16,419 nt of DNA from a virus, in UHGV virus genome UHGV-0393364. One strand, 5' to 3'. This document shows positions 1 to 8,147 of the stretch, piece after piece. Numbering within the stretch: position 1 is the first letter of the stretch; each line of letters begins with the position of its first letter. Made by a program: the position numbers and the translations under genes. The notes beneath the pieces were generated by a model, which ran no database searches, was not told where the DNA came from, and worked only from the letters and a program-made list of their open reading frames with translations.

Positions 1-183
1 GGCTATAACACCGCGTGGATAGAAACGCAGCTCGCTCACGTTGATAAGAACTCAATTCGTGGCACATACAACCATGCGCAATATCTGGATGGAAGGCGGG
101 AGATGCTTCAATGGTATGCCGACTATATGGATTCTCTCGAGCATGGCGGAAATGTGGTGCATATGGTGTTTGAAAAACACGCA
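1..183 (+). CDS. int: Tyrosine integrase, P4 family, C-terminal fragment (5' end outside window)
   Basis: Frame-1 translation from base 1 is open to TGA at 181-183: GYNTAWIETQLAHVDKNSIRGTYNHAQYLDGRREMLQWYADYMDSLEHGGNVVHMVFEKHA. This matches the remembered C-terminal tail of P4/CP4-57-type integrases (N-x-VR-x-AY ... L-x-ERR-x-M-x-QW-x-ADY-x-D), including the catalytic Tyr region. Not in the ORF track because it has no in-window start. Confidence 0.8.
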
Positions 184-329
184 TGAAACAACTGGACAAG
201 TATACAGAGGTTTACTAAAGTATAGGGGAGTAGATTGATAAAAACTCACAGAGGATTGCTATTTAACAGTTAGCCCTGGAGAAGGGCAATCGCTCTTTTA
301 TAAACGAAGGTGTATTGAGCCTTCTACGT

Positions 330-392
330 CGCTGACAAAGCGGAATGTTCTTTAACAGGCTTTGGCGCTGACAAAGCGCAATTGTTCTTTAA
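330..392. repeat. Two direct ~26-bp repeats, each containing a small hairpin (CGCT-GACAAA-GCG), in the int-alpA intergenic region
   Basis: cgctgacaaagcggaatgttctttaa at 330-355 and cgctgacaaagcgcaattgttctttaa at 366-392, differing at about 2 positions. Position suggests protein-binding sites (integrase arm-type or AlpA/regulator sites); function is inference. Confidence 0.7.
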
Positions 393-614
393 AACTACTG
401 GATGTCACGCCTAATAGCGTGATCCTGCCGAAATGCAGGGTAGCTCTACCCTTGTGGAGCGAACAAACCAAAACAATCTGACTATCTTTTATAAAAGACC
501 GCAATATGTTTTTCATATTGTGGTCTTTGGCGTATTCGACATTTGACGCAAATAAAACTCTCGCCATTCGTTGCAGGAGGGGGTTATTGCGTCATTAGTA
601 CAGGATATTAATAA

Positions 615-818
615 ATGGCTAATTACAATTCATTAATTCGTCTCTCTGAAGTTCAAAGGCGAACTGGTTATAGCAAAGCATGGATTTATCGTCTTATTAG
701 TCAGGGGAGGTTCCCTAAACAGGTAAAAATTGGAAGTCGGGCAATTGCTTTTGTTGAGTCTGAAATAGATGAATGGATTGAGAAGTGTATATTAGAATCT
801 AGAGACGAGGTGGCCTGA
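615..818 (+). CDS. alpA: AlpA-family phage transcriptional regulator / excision activator (small winged-HTH protein)
   Basis: 67-aa ORF MANYNSLIRLSEVQRRTGYSKAWIYRLISQGRFPKQVKIGSRAIAFVESEIDEWIEK...; the segment VQRRTGYSKAWIYRLISQGRFPK...G.RAIAF.ESEIDEWI is the typical AlpA/Phage_AlpA signature. Lies immediately downstream of the integrase, as in P4-like islands. Confidence 0.85.
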   Translation: MANYNSLIRLSEVQRRTGYSKAWIYRLISQGRFPKQVKIGSRAIAFVESEIDEWIEKCILESRDEVA

Positions 819-1249
819 TGGAAAAGAAAAACCGCCCATTACAGGCGGCTAATTCAGATATTCGTGTATCTGATGTTACGCCCCTTACAAAATCCCTTCA
901 AGCACCAAAGCGCACACCGAAAAAGCATCGTGCCAGAGTCTATATGCTGCGTACTGGTATAGAGGGATGGACAGAAAATGACATTCTTCGCTACTACCGT
1001 CTGTCTTCTGGTCGTAACTATGCAACAGAGTTAGAACGCCAGCTTGGAATCACTCTGGAGCGTATCGACGAAAAGAATCCTGATGGTATCGGAACACACC
1101 TTCGCTACCGTTTCTCCTGCCGTGGTGATGTTCTGAAAGTGATCACTCATATTAACCATCTTGCGAACATAAATGATCACAACGGACTTTCTCAGCAGGA
1201 AATTGCCGACATTCTGAAACTCTACCCGGACGCGTTTAACGCCGCCTAA
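818..1249 (+). CDS. Hypothetical protein, 143 aa (island-associated, function unknown)
   Basis: ATG at 818 overlaps the alpA stop (TGATG), indicating translational coupling; clean 143-codon frame. No motif I can assign. Confidence 0.7.
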   Translation: MEKKNRPLQAANSDIRVSDVTPLTKSLQAPKRTPKKHRARVYMLRTGIEGWTENDILRYYRLSSGRNYATELERQLGITLERIDEKNPDGIGTHLRYRFSCRGDVLKVITHINHLANINDHNGLSQQEIADILKLYPDAFNAA

Positions 1250-1261
1250 CGGAGACTGAAA

Positions 1262-2095
1262 ATGAACATCGAAAAAAGCAGATTAATTTCTGAGGCCGCC
1301 CCTCATCTGAACGCCTCTCTGGGCACAATTAACGGTAATGAATTTGCCGCAATTGTCCCGGTTATTCCTGGTCACATCGGTGGGCGTGAAACCAATATTG
1401 TTAGCGCAAAAGCGTTACACAAAGCGTTGGGCGTGGGAAAAGACTTCTCTACATGGATCACTGATCGCATCTCTGAATATGACTTCACCATTGGGCACGA
1501 TTACTCAGTCCATAAAACAATTTCCCCAAATTTGGGGAAAAGCCCGAATGGCACGGCTTACAGCAAGATTAAGCAGTCTGGCAGACCCGGCAAAGACTAT
1601 CTGTTAAGTGTCGGAATGGCGAAAGAGCTGGCAATGATCGAACGCAATGATCAGGGTCGCGCTATCCGTCGTTATTTCATCCAGTGCGAGGAAGAATTAC
1701 AGCGTAGCGTGCCTGAAATCGCCGCCCGCTATCGTCGCCAGCTAAAAGCCCGTATCAGTGCCGCAAACAACTTTAAGCCAATGTGCGATGCGCTGAATAT
1801 GGCCCGTGCCGAGCAGGGGAAAACGACGCAGCAACACCACTACACAAACGAGAGCAATATGATTTCTCGTATCGTTCTTGGAGGGCTAACTGCTAAGCAG
1901 TGGGCGCGGATAAATGGCTATTCTGGCGAACCTCGCGACCATATGAACGCAGAACAGCTTGAGCACCTCTCATATCTCGAAAGCACCAATATCACGTTAA
2001 TTGATATGGGCATGGAATATGAGCAGCGCAAAGGAGAACTCACCCGCCTGTCGCAACGCTGGCTCGCCAAGCGTCTGGAGGCGGTCCATGTTTAA
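1262..2095 (+). CDS. AntA/AntB-type antirepressor family protein, 277 aa
   Basis: GGAG 7 nt upstream of ATG 1262. Segment VGKDFSTWITDRISEYDF...DYLLSVGMAKELAMIERNDQGRAIRRYFIQCEE matches the remembered AntA antirepressor signature (VGKDF.TWI..RI..Y.F ... MAKELAM.ERN..GR.ARRYFI.CE). Confidence 0.8.
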   Translation: MNIEKSRLISEAAPHLNASLGTINGNEFAAIVPVIPGHIGGRETNIVSAKALHKALGVGKDFSTWITDRISEYDFTIGHDYSVHKTISPNLGKSPNGTAYSKIKQSGRPGKDYLLSVGMAKELAMIERNDQGRAIRRYFIQCEEELQRSVPEIAARYRRQLKARISAANNFKPMCDALNMARAEQGKTTQQHHYTNESNMISRIVLGGLTAKQWARINGYSGEPRDHMNAEQLEHLSYLESTNITLIDMGMEYEQRKGELTRLSQRWLAKRLEAVHV

Positions 2096-2270
2096 GCCGA
2101 CAGGAACACCACAACCTCAAAAACGCTACAAAGATGCCCACGGAGCACTCGTTACTGTCGAAAGCGTGTCTCACAACCGAGTGACGTTTTATCGCGACGG
2201 GTATCAATCGCCATGCGTACAACCGCTGGCGCGCTTCATGAAGGAGTTCGCGGAGGTTAACAAATGCTAA
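2088..2270 (+). CDS. Small hypothetical protein, 60 aa
   Basis: ATG at 2088 overlaps the stop of the upstream gene (ATGTTTAA); product [60 protein letters not shown]. Same-strand operon context; the ORF track shows a longer 2001-2270 frame whose 5' part overlaps the upstream gene. Confidence 0.45.
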   Translation: MFKPTGTPQPQKRYKDAHGALVTVESVSHNRVTFYRDGYQSPCVQPLARFMKEFAEVNKC

Positions 2271-3292
2271 CCGTCCAGAAGAAGATATTTTCACTGACTG
2301 CTATGTCGCAAAAATCCAGCAATATGACAGCAAAGTCTGGCATTAATACAGCAGATACAAGCAAAGCTTATCATTTTATGGTGGTAGGAGCGGATGCCTT
2401 AACTATGTCAGAAATTACGGTCGATGGTGTTAGCGTTGAGAAGGTCAGCGGCTGCGCCAGAGAATTTCTGGTCGTAGATGACCTGTTCTGCTCGCGTAGT
2501 GACTCCACAAAAATCTTCGTCCGCACGCGCGACGTTAACGAAATGAGCGCGATGTACTGTGCCTCTGGTTCTTCCAATAGTGAGTTTTCGGAGTCCATAA
2601 AAAAGAGCTTGCCGTTATGCGGCAACACGGTTTATGGTTATAAGGCACCTCATAAAACGGGTGCCGGGATTAGGACCCCGCAGGCAATCGAGGCGATACA
2701 TGACGCGCCAGCGTCTTTTTTTGTATCGGCGCACACGCACACCTTATCAATGGTGGGCTGTATGGGGCTGACTTCGGTCAGGCTGGTTTCCTTGATTGCC
2801 AGTAGTCCTAACCCTGTACAGTCCACCGCCAGCGAGCTTAGGACCTCCGGCGGTGGCTATAAACCATCAATCAAGGAGGCTGCCACATGCTGGCTACTAC
2901 CCCTACCCAAAAACCGCAATTTATCTGGATTATCGCCGCAGTTCGCCGCGATTGCCCGACAATTACCGCCAAAATTCATCATATTGCTGCCGAGTCTGAA
3001 CGCGATGCTCGCCGTTCTCTGGTGCGCGATCACATCTGCTTTTTTGCTGGTCGTATCCGCATGGAGGTGGCACATGATTAAAACCTACGATGTGCATATG
3101 GATCCCCTCGAACGCACAAGCCAGATCATCACACTGACAGAAGTGATTAACGACATTCTGGTGAGCAACTCTCCCTCACGAGACGAAAGACTGAAGGCGT
3201 TACTCGCGATATTGGATCTCGCCGTTCGTGACGTTCATTTCCTGCTGGAAGGTGGACAAATGCCATGCAAAACGGGGGCAACCAATGAATAA
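2264..3292 (+). CDS. Questionable long ORF (342 codons); the 5' part may be a real S/T/C-rich protein or an open-frame artefact, and the last 72 codons are a separately supported small gene
   Basis: GGAGG 7 nt upstream of ATG 2264 and a coupled start (AAATGCTAA) argue for a real start. However the frame reads through the strongly supported out-of-frame gene 2887-3081, and the 5' product is compositionally odd (very Ser/Thr/Cys-rich). Treated as uncertain. Confidence 0.25.
   Translation: MLTVQKKIFSLTAMSQKSSNMTAKSGINTADTSKAYHFMVVGADALTMSEITVDGVSVEKVSGCAREFLVVDDLFCSRSDSTKIFVRTRDVNEMSAMYCASGSSNSEFSESIKKSLPLCGNTVYGYKAPHKTGAGIRTPQAIEAIHDAPASFFVSAHTHTLSMVGCMGLTSVRLVSLIASSPNPVQSTASELRTSGGGYKPSIKEAATCWLLPLPKNRNLSGLSPQFAAIARQLPPKFIILLPSLNAMLAVLWCAITSAFLLVVSAWRWHMIKTYDVHMDPLERTSQIITLTEVINDILVSNSPSRDERLKALLAILDLAVRDVHFLLEGGQMPCKTGATNE
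2887..3081 (+). CDS. Small protein, 64 aa, possibly Icd-like (host cell division inhibitor-like)
   Basis: Strong SD AAGGAGG 7 nt upstream of ATG 2887; product [64 protein letters not shown]. The pattern FIW..AAVRR ... RDH..FFAGR resembles my recollection of Icd-like small proteins of enterobacterial prophages; that assignment is from memory only. Confidence 0.6.
   Translation: MLATTPTQKPQFIWIIAAVRRDCPTITAKIHHIAAESERDARRSLVRDHICFFAGRIRMEVAHD
3074..3292 (+). CDS. Small hypothetical protein, 72 aa
   Basis: GGAGG at 3064-3068, 5 nt upstream of ATG 3074, which overlaps the stop of 2887-3081 (ATGATTAA); product [72 protein letters not shown] has balanced composition. Confidence 0.6.
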   Translation: MIKTYDVHMDPLERTSQIITLTEVINDILVSNSPSRDERLKALLAILDLAVRDVHFLLEGGQMPCKTGATNE

Positions 3293-3479
3293 CTCAATTA
3301 ATACCCCTCGCCTTACGTCCGCACTTCAATTAATCGAGCAAGCAGCGGCTGTCCTGGTTGCTGTCAGTCTTTCGGCTGAAGAAATGGACGCTGCTGATGT
3401 CGTGGATGCGATTAAAGCGTGCTCATCTTTGGTTAACGATGCCCGTGCCGAGCTGGTAATTCTTGGGGGTGAAAAATGA
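3285..3479 (+). CDS. Small hypothetical protein, 64 aa
   Basis: ATG 3285 (internal Met of track ORF 3228-3479) overlaps the stop of the upstream gene (ATGAATAA); G-rich SD-like stretch upstream; product [64 protein letters not shown]. Confidence 0.55.
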   Translation: MNNSINTPRLTSALQLIEQAAAVLVAVSLSAEEMDAADVVDAIKACSSLVNDARAELVILGGEK

Positions 3480-3739
3480 ATATCAACTTAATTTATCGTC
3501 ATCCGTGTGAGCTGGAAATTGAATCGTTGCTGGGGCGCGAAGAGCCATATCCAGACACATTCACTCCCGCAGATTGCGCGACTGAACGGCTTACCAGAGC
3601 GCGCACAGGTCTGGTTCATGTGATGAATGAGATTGTTCCCTCGGTGGGAGGGGAACAGGCGACAGTAATCAATAGCTGGCTACAAAAAGTTACCTCCCTG
3701 ATAGATATCGGTTTAATCGATGTGGAGAGTGCGAAATGA
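3476..3739 (+). CDS. Small hypothetical protein, 87 aa
   Basis: ATGA start/stop overlap with the upstream gene; GGGGGT 5 nt upstream of ATG 3476. Confidence 0.6.
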   Translation: MNINLIYRHPCELEIESLLGREEPYPDTFTPADCATERLTRARTGLVHVMNEIVPSVGGEQATVINSWLQKVTSLIDIGLIDVESAK

Positions 3740-3957
3740 CCAACATCCAGCTCATTGAAGCGCAATGTCGCATCGAACAGGTTCAGACTGTTTTAGGGTT
3801 CTGGCTTGAAGGGGCCAGCCCCAGCAACAGAGACAAGTTAATGATTGGCGCGGTTATGTCACTGCTCAATGGCGTACCAGAAGCTATTCAGGAAGCGGAC
3901 GAATTGTTGGGCAAATATGAGTTACAGAATCATTCAGGCGAGGCGAAACATGAATAA
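3736..3957 (+). CDS. Small hypothetical protein, 73 aa
   Basis: ATGA overlap with the upstream gene; GGAGAG SD upstream of ATG 3736. Confidence 0.6.
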   Translation: MTNIQLIEAQCRIEQVQTVLGFWLEGASPSNRDKLMIGAVMSLLNGVPEAIQEADELLGKYELQNHSGEAKHE

Positions 3958-4552
3958 TTTCTTAACTTTCCATGCAGAAGCAACGCCTGACGGCGTAAAC
4001 ATCATGTACCGCAGCAACGATGGCATGACAGAACGCGTTGAGACCGTCTCATATATTGATGCCGTAAATCGTCTGGATGCCGGGGATTATGACGATAAAC
4101 CAGATGAAGGCATGTTTATACATCTCGCTATTGCCAGTGGCGGCAACCAGGGATATTTCGATTACACATCACAGCATCACGTGATTATGTGGCGCTGGCT
4201 GATAGCAACAGCATTCATCAATGAAATGAGAAAGGAAAACGGCACTGTCAGCATCATTGATGATACTGGCAATCCTTCCGAAGTGGCTGTTTATTCCAAC
4301 GGCATCGTCGCCATGCCGCTGTATCCAGTAGCAGAGCGCCTCGCTATGGCAAACAACATTGAGGGCGCGATGATAGAACGTTTTGGCATCGAGTCTGGCA
4401 CAGAACGCGCCATCATTTTCTACAGAGCCATGATGGATGTGGAACAAGGAGCACTGACTCCATTTGGTCGTGAAACGCTTGCTGAACTTCACAACAGCTT
4501 TATAGCTGAACTGAATGAAAACGGCATGCCAGCGGAACCAGTGACGCACTGA
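3950..4552 (+). CDS. Hypothetical protein, 200 aa
   Basis: Start chosen at ATG 3950 (MNNFLTFHAEATPDGVNIMYRSNDG...), which overlaps the stop of the upstream gene (ATGAATAA); the track's longer 3845 start would lie inside the upstream gene in another frame. Confidence 0.65.
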   Translation: MNNFLTFHAEATPDGVNIMYRSNDGMTERVETVSYIDAVNRLDAGDYDDKPDEGMFIHLAIASGGNQGYFDYTSQHHVIMWRWLIATAFINEMRKENGTVSIIDDTGNPSEVAVYSNGIVAMPLYPVAERLAMANNIEGAMIERFGIESGTERAIIFYRAMMDVEQGALTPFGRETLAELHNSFIAELNENGMPAEPVTH

Positions 4553-4562
4553 GGATGGAGCC

Positions 4563-4904
4563 ATGATTACTAAAAATTTCCGACTGAATGCGCTGGCAAA
4601 TAAGTATGCGTCAGCACTGTATAACCACATTACCTCCACCAGCGGCGGGGACTATTTCATGGTTGATGCGGACGGCGAGGCCGTCCGTGTGGAAATCGTC
4701 AATGGAGTAAAAGGCGTTCGCAGCCTGATCGATAGCTACACACTGGCAGCCATGAAAGTGTTCTACCCGCAGTGGGAAACCGTGGGGATAGAGCTTCTTG
4801 ATCGTTGCGTCACTAAGGACGGATTGACTGACGTCGGGCGTGAGATATGGCAAAGCATGGTTAATGACATGGGCGCAACTGTAGCGGGAGGTTCTCATGC
4901 GTGA
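4563..4904 (+). CDS. Hypothetical protein, 113 aa
   Basis: GAGGA 7 nt upstream of ATG 4563; product MITKNFRLNALANKYASALYNHITSTSGGDYFMVDADGEAVRVEIVNG... Confidence 0.65.
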   Translation: MITKNFRLNALANKYASALYNHITSTSGGDYFMVDADGEAVRVEIVNGVKGVRSLIDSYTLAAMKVFYPQWETVGIELLDRCVTKDGLTDVGREIWQSMVNDMGATVAGGSHA

Positions 4905-5268
4905 AAATGCAGAAATGGCGCTTAGCTCCGCAATCGGAGAGCAGGTGGCAAAGATTGCTGGCGCTGTGTGGATTCATAACCTTCATTCTACTGGTGAAGA
5001 GAAAATGGCAATTCAGACGCCAGAGGGACGCACCATTACTACATCTCTGAAGCCGTCAGATGTTTGTGATCTGATTTGCGCATTCATGTACCCAGCAATG
5101 AGGACTGTCCACGGCGATAAGTGGAAACTTGCGACAACCGCTGAATTTGATATGTGGCTAAACAATGATGGCATGCTGACTGATTACGGAATAACCAAGT
5201 GGCAGATGCTGGTTAGCCATATCGCAAACGCTATAGACCACGTGGGGTACGGTGATGCGAAACATTGA
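4897..5268 (+). CDS. Hypothetical protein, 123 aa
   Basis: GGGAGG 8 nt upstream of ATG 4897, which overlaps the upstream stop (ATGCGTGA). Confidence 0.65.
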   Translation: MRENAEMALSSAIGEQVAKIAGAVWIHNLHSTGEEKMAIQTPEGRTITTSLKPSDVCDLICAFMYPAMRTVHGDKWKLATTAEFDMWLNNDGMLTDYGITKWQMLVSHIANAIDHVGYGDAKH

Positions 5269-8011
5269 TCTTATCCGTCAGGTTATCAGTGCGTCTGAAA
5301 ACAACTGGCCTCATGTGCTGGGCTGCCTGAACATAAATGTCCCTGACTCTCCGCGCCGTCATGCTCCCTGCCCTGCATGTGGGGGCAAAGATCGATTCCG
5401 GTTCGATGACAACGGGCGCGGTAGCTTCATCTGTAATCAGTGCGGCGCTGGTGATGGGCTGGATTTAATTAAACGCGTAAATAACTGCGACACAACAGAG
5501 GCGGCGCTTCTTGCCGCTGATGTTCTGGGTATTGATTACCGGACAACGGAAACACCAGAAGCCACCAGCCAGAAACGGGAACAACTGGAAACCGAGCGCC
5601 AGCGACGCGAACAGGAGCGCCTGAAAAGGGCAGAGAAGGACGAACAACAAAGACGGGATACGTTTTCCCGTCAGTTTGATGACATGCGCAGAAAGGCTGT
5701 AAACGGTAAATCTGATTATCTGGTTGCGAAAGGGGTAGGTGATTTTACATTCCCCGTGTTGCCCGATGGATCTCTGTTGCTGGCGCTGGTGGATAAATCC
5801 GGCGCAGTCACAGCAGCACAGACTATTACCTCACATGGTGAAAAAAGACTCCTGACAGGTTCAGCAAAACGGGGAGCATATCACGCCATAAACGCACCAG
5901 AAACAACACAGAGCATCTTAATCGCAGAAGGGCTGGCAACGGCATTATCTGCCCATTTAATTCGTCCAGAGGCGCTGACAGTGGCGGCGATTGATGCCGG
6001 GAACCTGTTATATGTCGCCCAGGTACTGCGGGATAAATATCCTTCAGCACAAATCATCATTGCTGCGGATAACGACCACAGCGAAGGAAGACAAAACACG
6101 GGGAGAATAGCAGCAGAAAAAGCAGCTTTATCTGTTTCTGGATGGGTGGCATTACCCCCGACAGATCACAAAGCAGACTGGAATGATTACCACCAAAAAC
6201 ACGGCATTAAATGCGCCACAGAAGCGTTCAATAAGTCAATGTACCAACCACAGGGTAATGGCGTGAAACAGGAGCCACAGACCATTGAGGGAAGCGATTT
6301 TAAGGTTATGGATACCGACCCACTGAAACCAAGAATAGAAAGCCGCGAGGATGGTATTTATTGGGTATCTCCGAGAGCTGACAGCCAGAGTGGAGAAATC
6401 ATCAATAACGAAAGCTGGTTATGTTCTCCGTTAAGCGTTATCGGTACTGGCAGAGACGATAAAGACCAGTATCTCATTCTTCGCTGGCTGTCGTTTGGTT
6501 CTGAAACGCCGACAACCGCTGCCATTCCACTGGCTGATATTGGTGAACGTGAAGGATGGCGCACACTTAAAGCTGGTGGGGTAAATGTCACGACCAAAAG
6601 CAGCCTCAGAGCAATACTGGCAGACTGGCTACAACGCAGTGGCTCTCGTGAATTGTGGCGTGTTGCTCATGCCACTGGCTGGCAATGCGGAGCGTACATC
6701 ATGCCTGATGGGGAAATCATCGGAACACCTGAAAATCCTGTGCTGTTCAGCGGGAGAAGCTCAGCCGCAGCCGGATATACCGTCTCAGGGAGCGCGAAAA
6801 GCTGGCGTGATAACGTGGCGCGTCTGGCCTTTGGTAACTATTCAATGATGACCGGGATCGGCGCAGCACTGGCAGCGCCATTGATTGGGCTGGTGGGCGC
6901 TGACGGGTTCGGCATTCATTTCTATGAGCAGTCGAGCGCGGGTAAGACCACCACGGCAAACGTGGCGAGCAGCTTATACGGCAACCCTGATTTACTGCGG
7001 CTGACGTGGTACGGAACCGCGCTGGGGCTGGCAAATGAGGCCGCCGCCCACAATGACGGATTAATGCCGCTTGATGAAGTTGGTCAGGGCGCTGATCCTG
7101 TCAGCGTTTCACAGTCTGCCTATGCGTTATTTAACGGTGTAGGGAAACTGCAAGGCGCTAAAGATGGTGGAAACCGGGATCTAAAACGCTGGCGTACAGT
7201 GGCAATCAGCACCGGAGAAATGGATTTAGAAACATTTATCGCTACTTCCGGGCGAAAAACCAAAGCCGGGCAACTGGTGCGACTGCTGAATATTCCGTTG
7301 AGTAAAGCAGTACGCTTTCACGATTACCAGAACGGAAAACAGCACGCAGACGCACTGAAAGACGCTTACCAGCATCACCACGGCGCAGCCGGGCGTGAGT
7401 GGATTAAATGGCTGGCAGACCACCAGCAACAGGCTATTAAAACTGTTCGTGACTGCGAAAGCAGATGGAGAAGCCTGATCCCATCCGATTATGGTGAGCA
7501 GGTTCACCGTGTAGCCGCGCGATTTGCCATTCTGGAGGCAGCATTGCTGTTAGGCGAAGTTGTAACAGGCTGGGATGCTCAGACATGCCGTGATGCGATA
7601 CAGCACAGCTATAACGCATGGTTGCGCGAGTTCGGCACAGGTAACAAAGAACATCAGCAGATTATTGAACAAACGGAGGCATTTCTTAATGCCTATGGGC
7701 TTAGCCGTTTTGCACCATTTCCATACAGCCCGGCAGATTTGCCCATCAAAGATTTAGCCGGATACCGTCAGCGTGGAGAACATGACGAAAGCCCAATGAT
7801 TTTCTACACATTCCCGGCCACATTTGAAAAGGAGATCGCATGTGGTTTCAACGCAAAACAGTTTGCTGAAGTGTTGAAAAAAGCCGGGATGCTAACCCCA
7901 CCAAACAGCGGTCGTGGATACCAAAGAAAATCACCACGTATTCAGGGACGACAAATAAACGTTTATGTACTCAATTACCAGCCAGGAGATTATAACTCAT
8001 CTGAAGAATGA
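5255..8011 (+). CDS. P4-alpha-like DNA primase / replication initiator (zinc ribbon, charged linker, TOPRIM, C-terminal NTPase-like domain)
   Basis: N-terminal C-x2-C...C-x2-C zinc ribbon (HAPCPACGGKDRFRFDDNGRGSFICNQCGAGDG); highly charged Q/E/R-rich segment (QKREQLETERQRREQERLKRAEKDEQQRRD); TOPRIM-like segment with conserved Glu (ILIAEGLATALS) and DxD (IIIAADNDHSEG); C-terminal region with a P-loop-like motif (EQSSAGKTTTANV). Start is GTG 5252 or ATG 5255 and overlaps the 3' end of the upstream gene. Followed within 25 bp by an iteron array. Confidence 0.9.
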   Translation: MRNIDLIRQVISASENNWPHVLGCLNINVPDSPRRHAPCPACGGKDRFRFDDNGRGSFICNQCGAGDGLDLIKRVNNCDTTEAALLAADVLGIDYRTTETPEATSQKREQLETERQRREQERLKRAEKDEQQRRDTFSRQFDDMRRKAVNGKSDYLVAKGVGDFTFPVLPDGSLLLALVDKSGAVTAAQTITSHGEKRLLTGSAKRGAYHAINAPETTQSILIAEGLATALSAHLIRPEALTVAAIDAGNLLYVAQVLRDKYPSAQIIIAADNDHSEGRQNTGRIAAEKAALSVSGWVALPPTDHKADWNDYHQKHGIKCATEAFNKSMYQPQGNGVKQEPQTIEGSDFKVMDTDPLKPRIESREDGIYWVSPRADSQSGEIINNESWLCSPLSVIGTGRDDKDQYLILRWLSFGSETPTTAAIPLADIGEREGWRTLKAGGVNVTTKSSLRAILADWLQRSGSRELWRVAHATGWQCGAYIMPDGEIIGTPENPVLFSGRSSAAAGYTVSGSAKSWRDNVARLAFGNYSMMTGIGAALAAPLIGLVGADGFGIHFYEQSSAGKTTTANVASSLYGNPDLLRLTWYGTALGLANEAAAHNDGLMPLDEVGQGADPVSVSQSAYALFNGVGKLQGAKDGGNRDLKRWRTVAISTGEMDLETFIATSGRKTKAGQLVRLLNIPLSKAVRFHDYQNGKQHADALKDAYQHHHGAAGREWIKWLADHQQQAIKTVRDCESRWRSLIPSDYGEQVHRVAARFAILEAALLLGEVVTGWDAQTCRDAIQHSYNAWLREFGTGNKEHQQIIEQTEAFLNAYGLSRFAPFPYSPADLPIKDLAGYRQRGEHDESPMIFYTFPATFEKEIACGFNAKQFAEVLKKAGMLTPPNSGRGYQRKSPRIQGRQINVYVLNYQPGDYNSSEE

Positions 8012-8036
8012 GCTTCTTCATGTGCGTAGAAAAGGT

Positions 8037-8147
8037 GTTGGTTCAGTTGGTTCAGTTGGTTCAATTTGCAAAGAGTATTGTTTTGTAAGGATTTTATTCT
8101 TTTTATTGAACCAACACTGAACCAACAACACGGTATTTTGAACCAAC
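8037..8147. repeat. Origin-like iteron array: 3 tandem GTTGGTTCA, a 43-bp AT-rich spacer, then 3 inverted copies (TGAACCAAC) at helical spacing
   Basis: GTTGGTTCA at 8037-8045, 8046-8054, 8055-8063; AT-rich 8064-8106; TGAACCAAC at 8107-8115, 8118-8126, 8139-8147. Sits immediately 3' of the primase gene, as for satellite/plasmid origins bound by their initiator. Confidence 0.8.

Noticed and set aside
41-249. Track ORFs 41-238 (+) and 52-249 (-) at the window start
   Set aside because: They overlap the integrase C-terminal coding frame and its stop in other frames, have no RBS, and their products have no recognisable character; the frame-1 integrase tail explains the region.
273-299. Hairpin gccctggagaagggc followed by a T-rich stretch, considered as an integrase terminator
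   Set aside because: Stem is only 5 bp and the T-run is separated from it by 7 nt; too weak to call.
352-567. 71-aa minus-strand ORF in the int-alpA intergenic region
   Set aside because: It spans the direct repeats, has no evident RBS, and its product does not look like a HTH repressor; a divergent small repressor cannot be fully excluded.
1338-1607. 89-aa + strand ORF inside the antirepressor gene
   Set aside because: Alternative frame wholly embedded in a well-supported gene.
2040-2628. Minus-strand ORFs 2040-2294 and 2371-2628
   Set aside because: Antisense to a densely packed, translationally coupled + strand operon; no RBS or recognisable product.
2796-3075. ORFs 2796-2999 (+) and 2857-3075 (-)
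   Set aside because: Overlap the RBS-supported small genes 2887-3081 and 3074-3292 in other frames; Pro/Ser/Arg-rich products typical of off-frame translation.
3935-3943. GGCGAGGCG, resembling the start of the P2/P4 cohesive end
   Set aside because: Only a 9-nt partial match inside a coding region; the remainder of the remembered cos sequence is absent.
3845-3949. N-terminal extension of the 200-aa gene (track start 3845)
   Set aside because: It would lie inside the upstream gene in another frame; the ATG at 3950 with ATGAATAA coupling is the more parsimonious start.
4169-4898. Minus-strand ORFs 4169-4639 (156 aa) and 4611-4898
   Set aside because: Antisense to coupled + strand genes; no independent support despite the length.
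5465-7757. Short ORFs on both strands inside the primase gene (5465-5650, 5826-6099, 6358-6597, 6585-6848, 6747-7034, 7226-7619, 7575-7757)
   Set aside because: All are embedded in the 919-codon primase frame, which has clear domain signatures.
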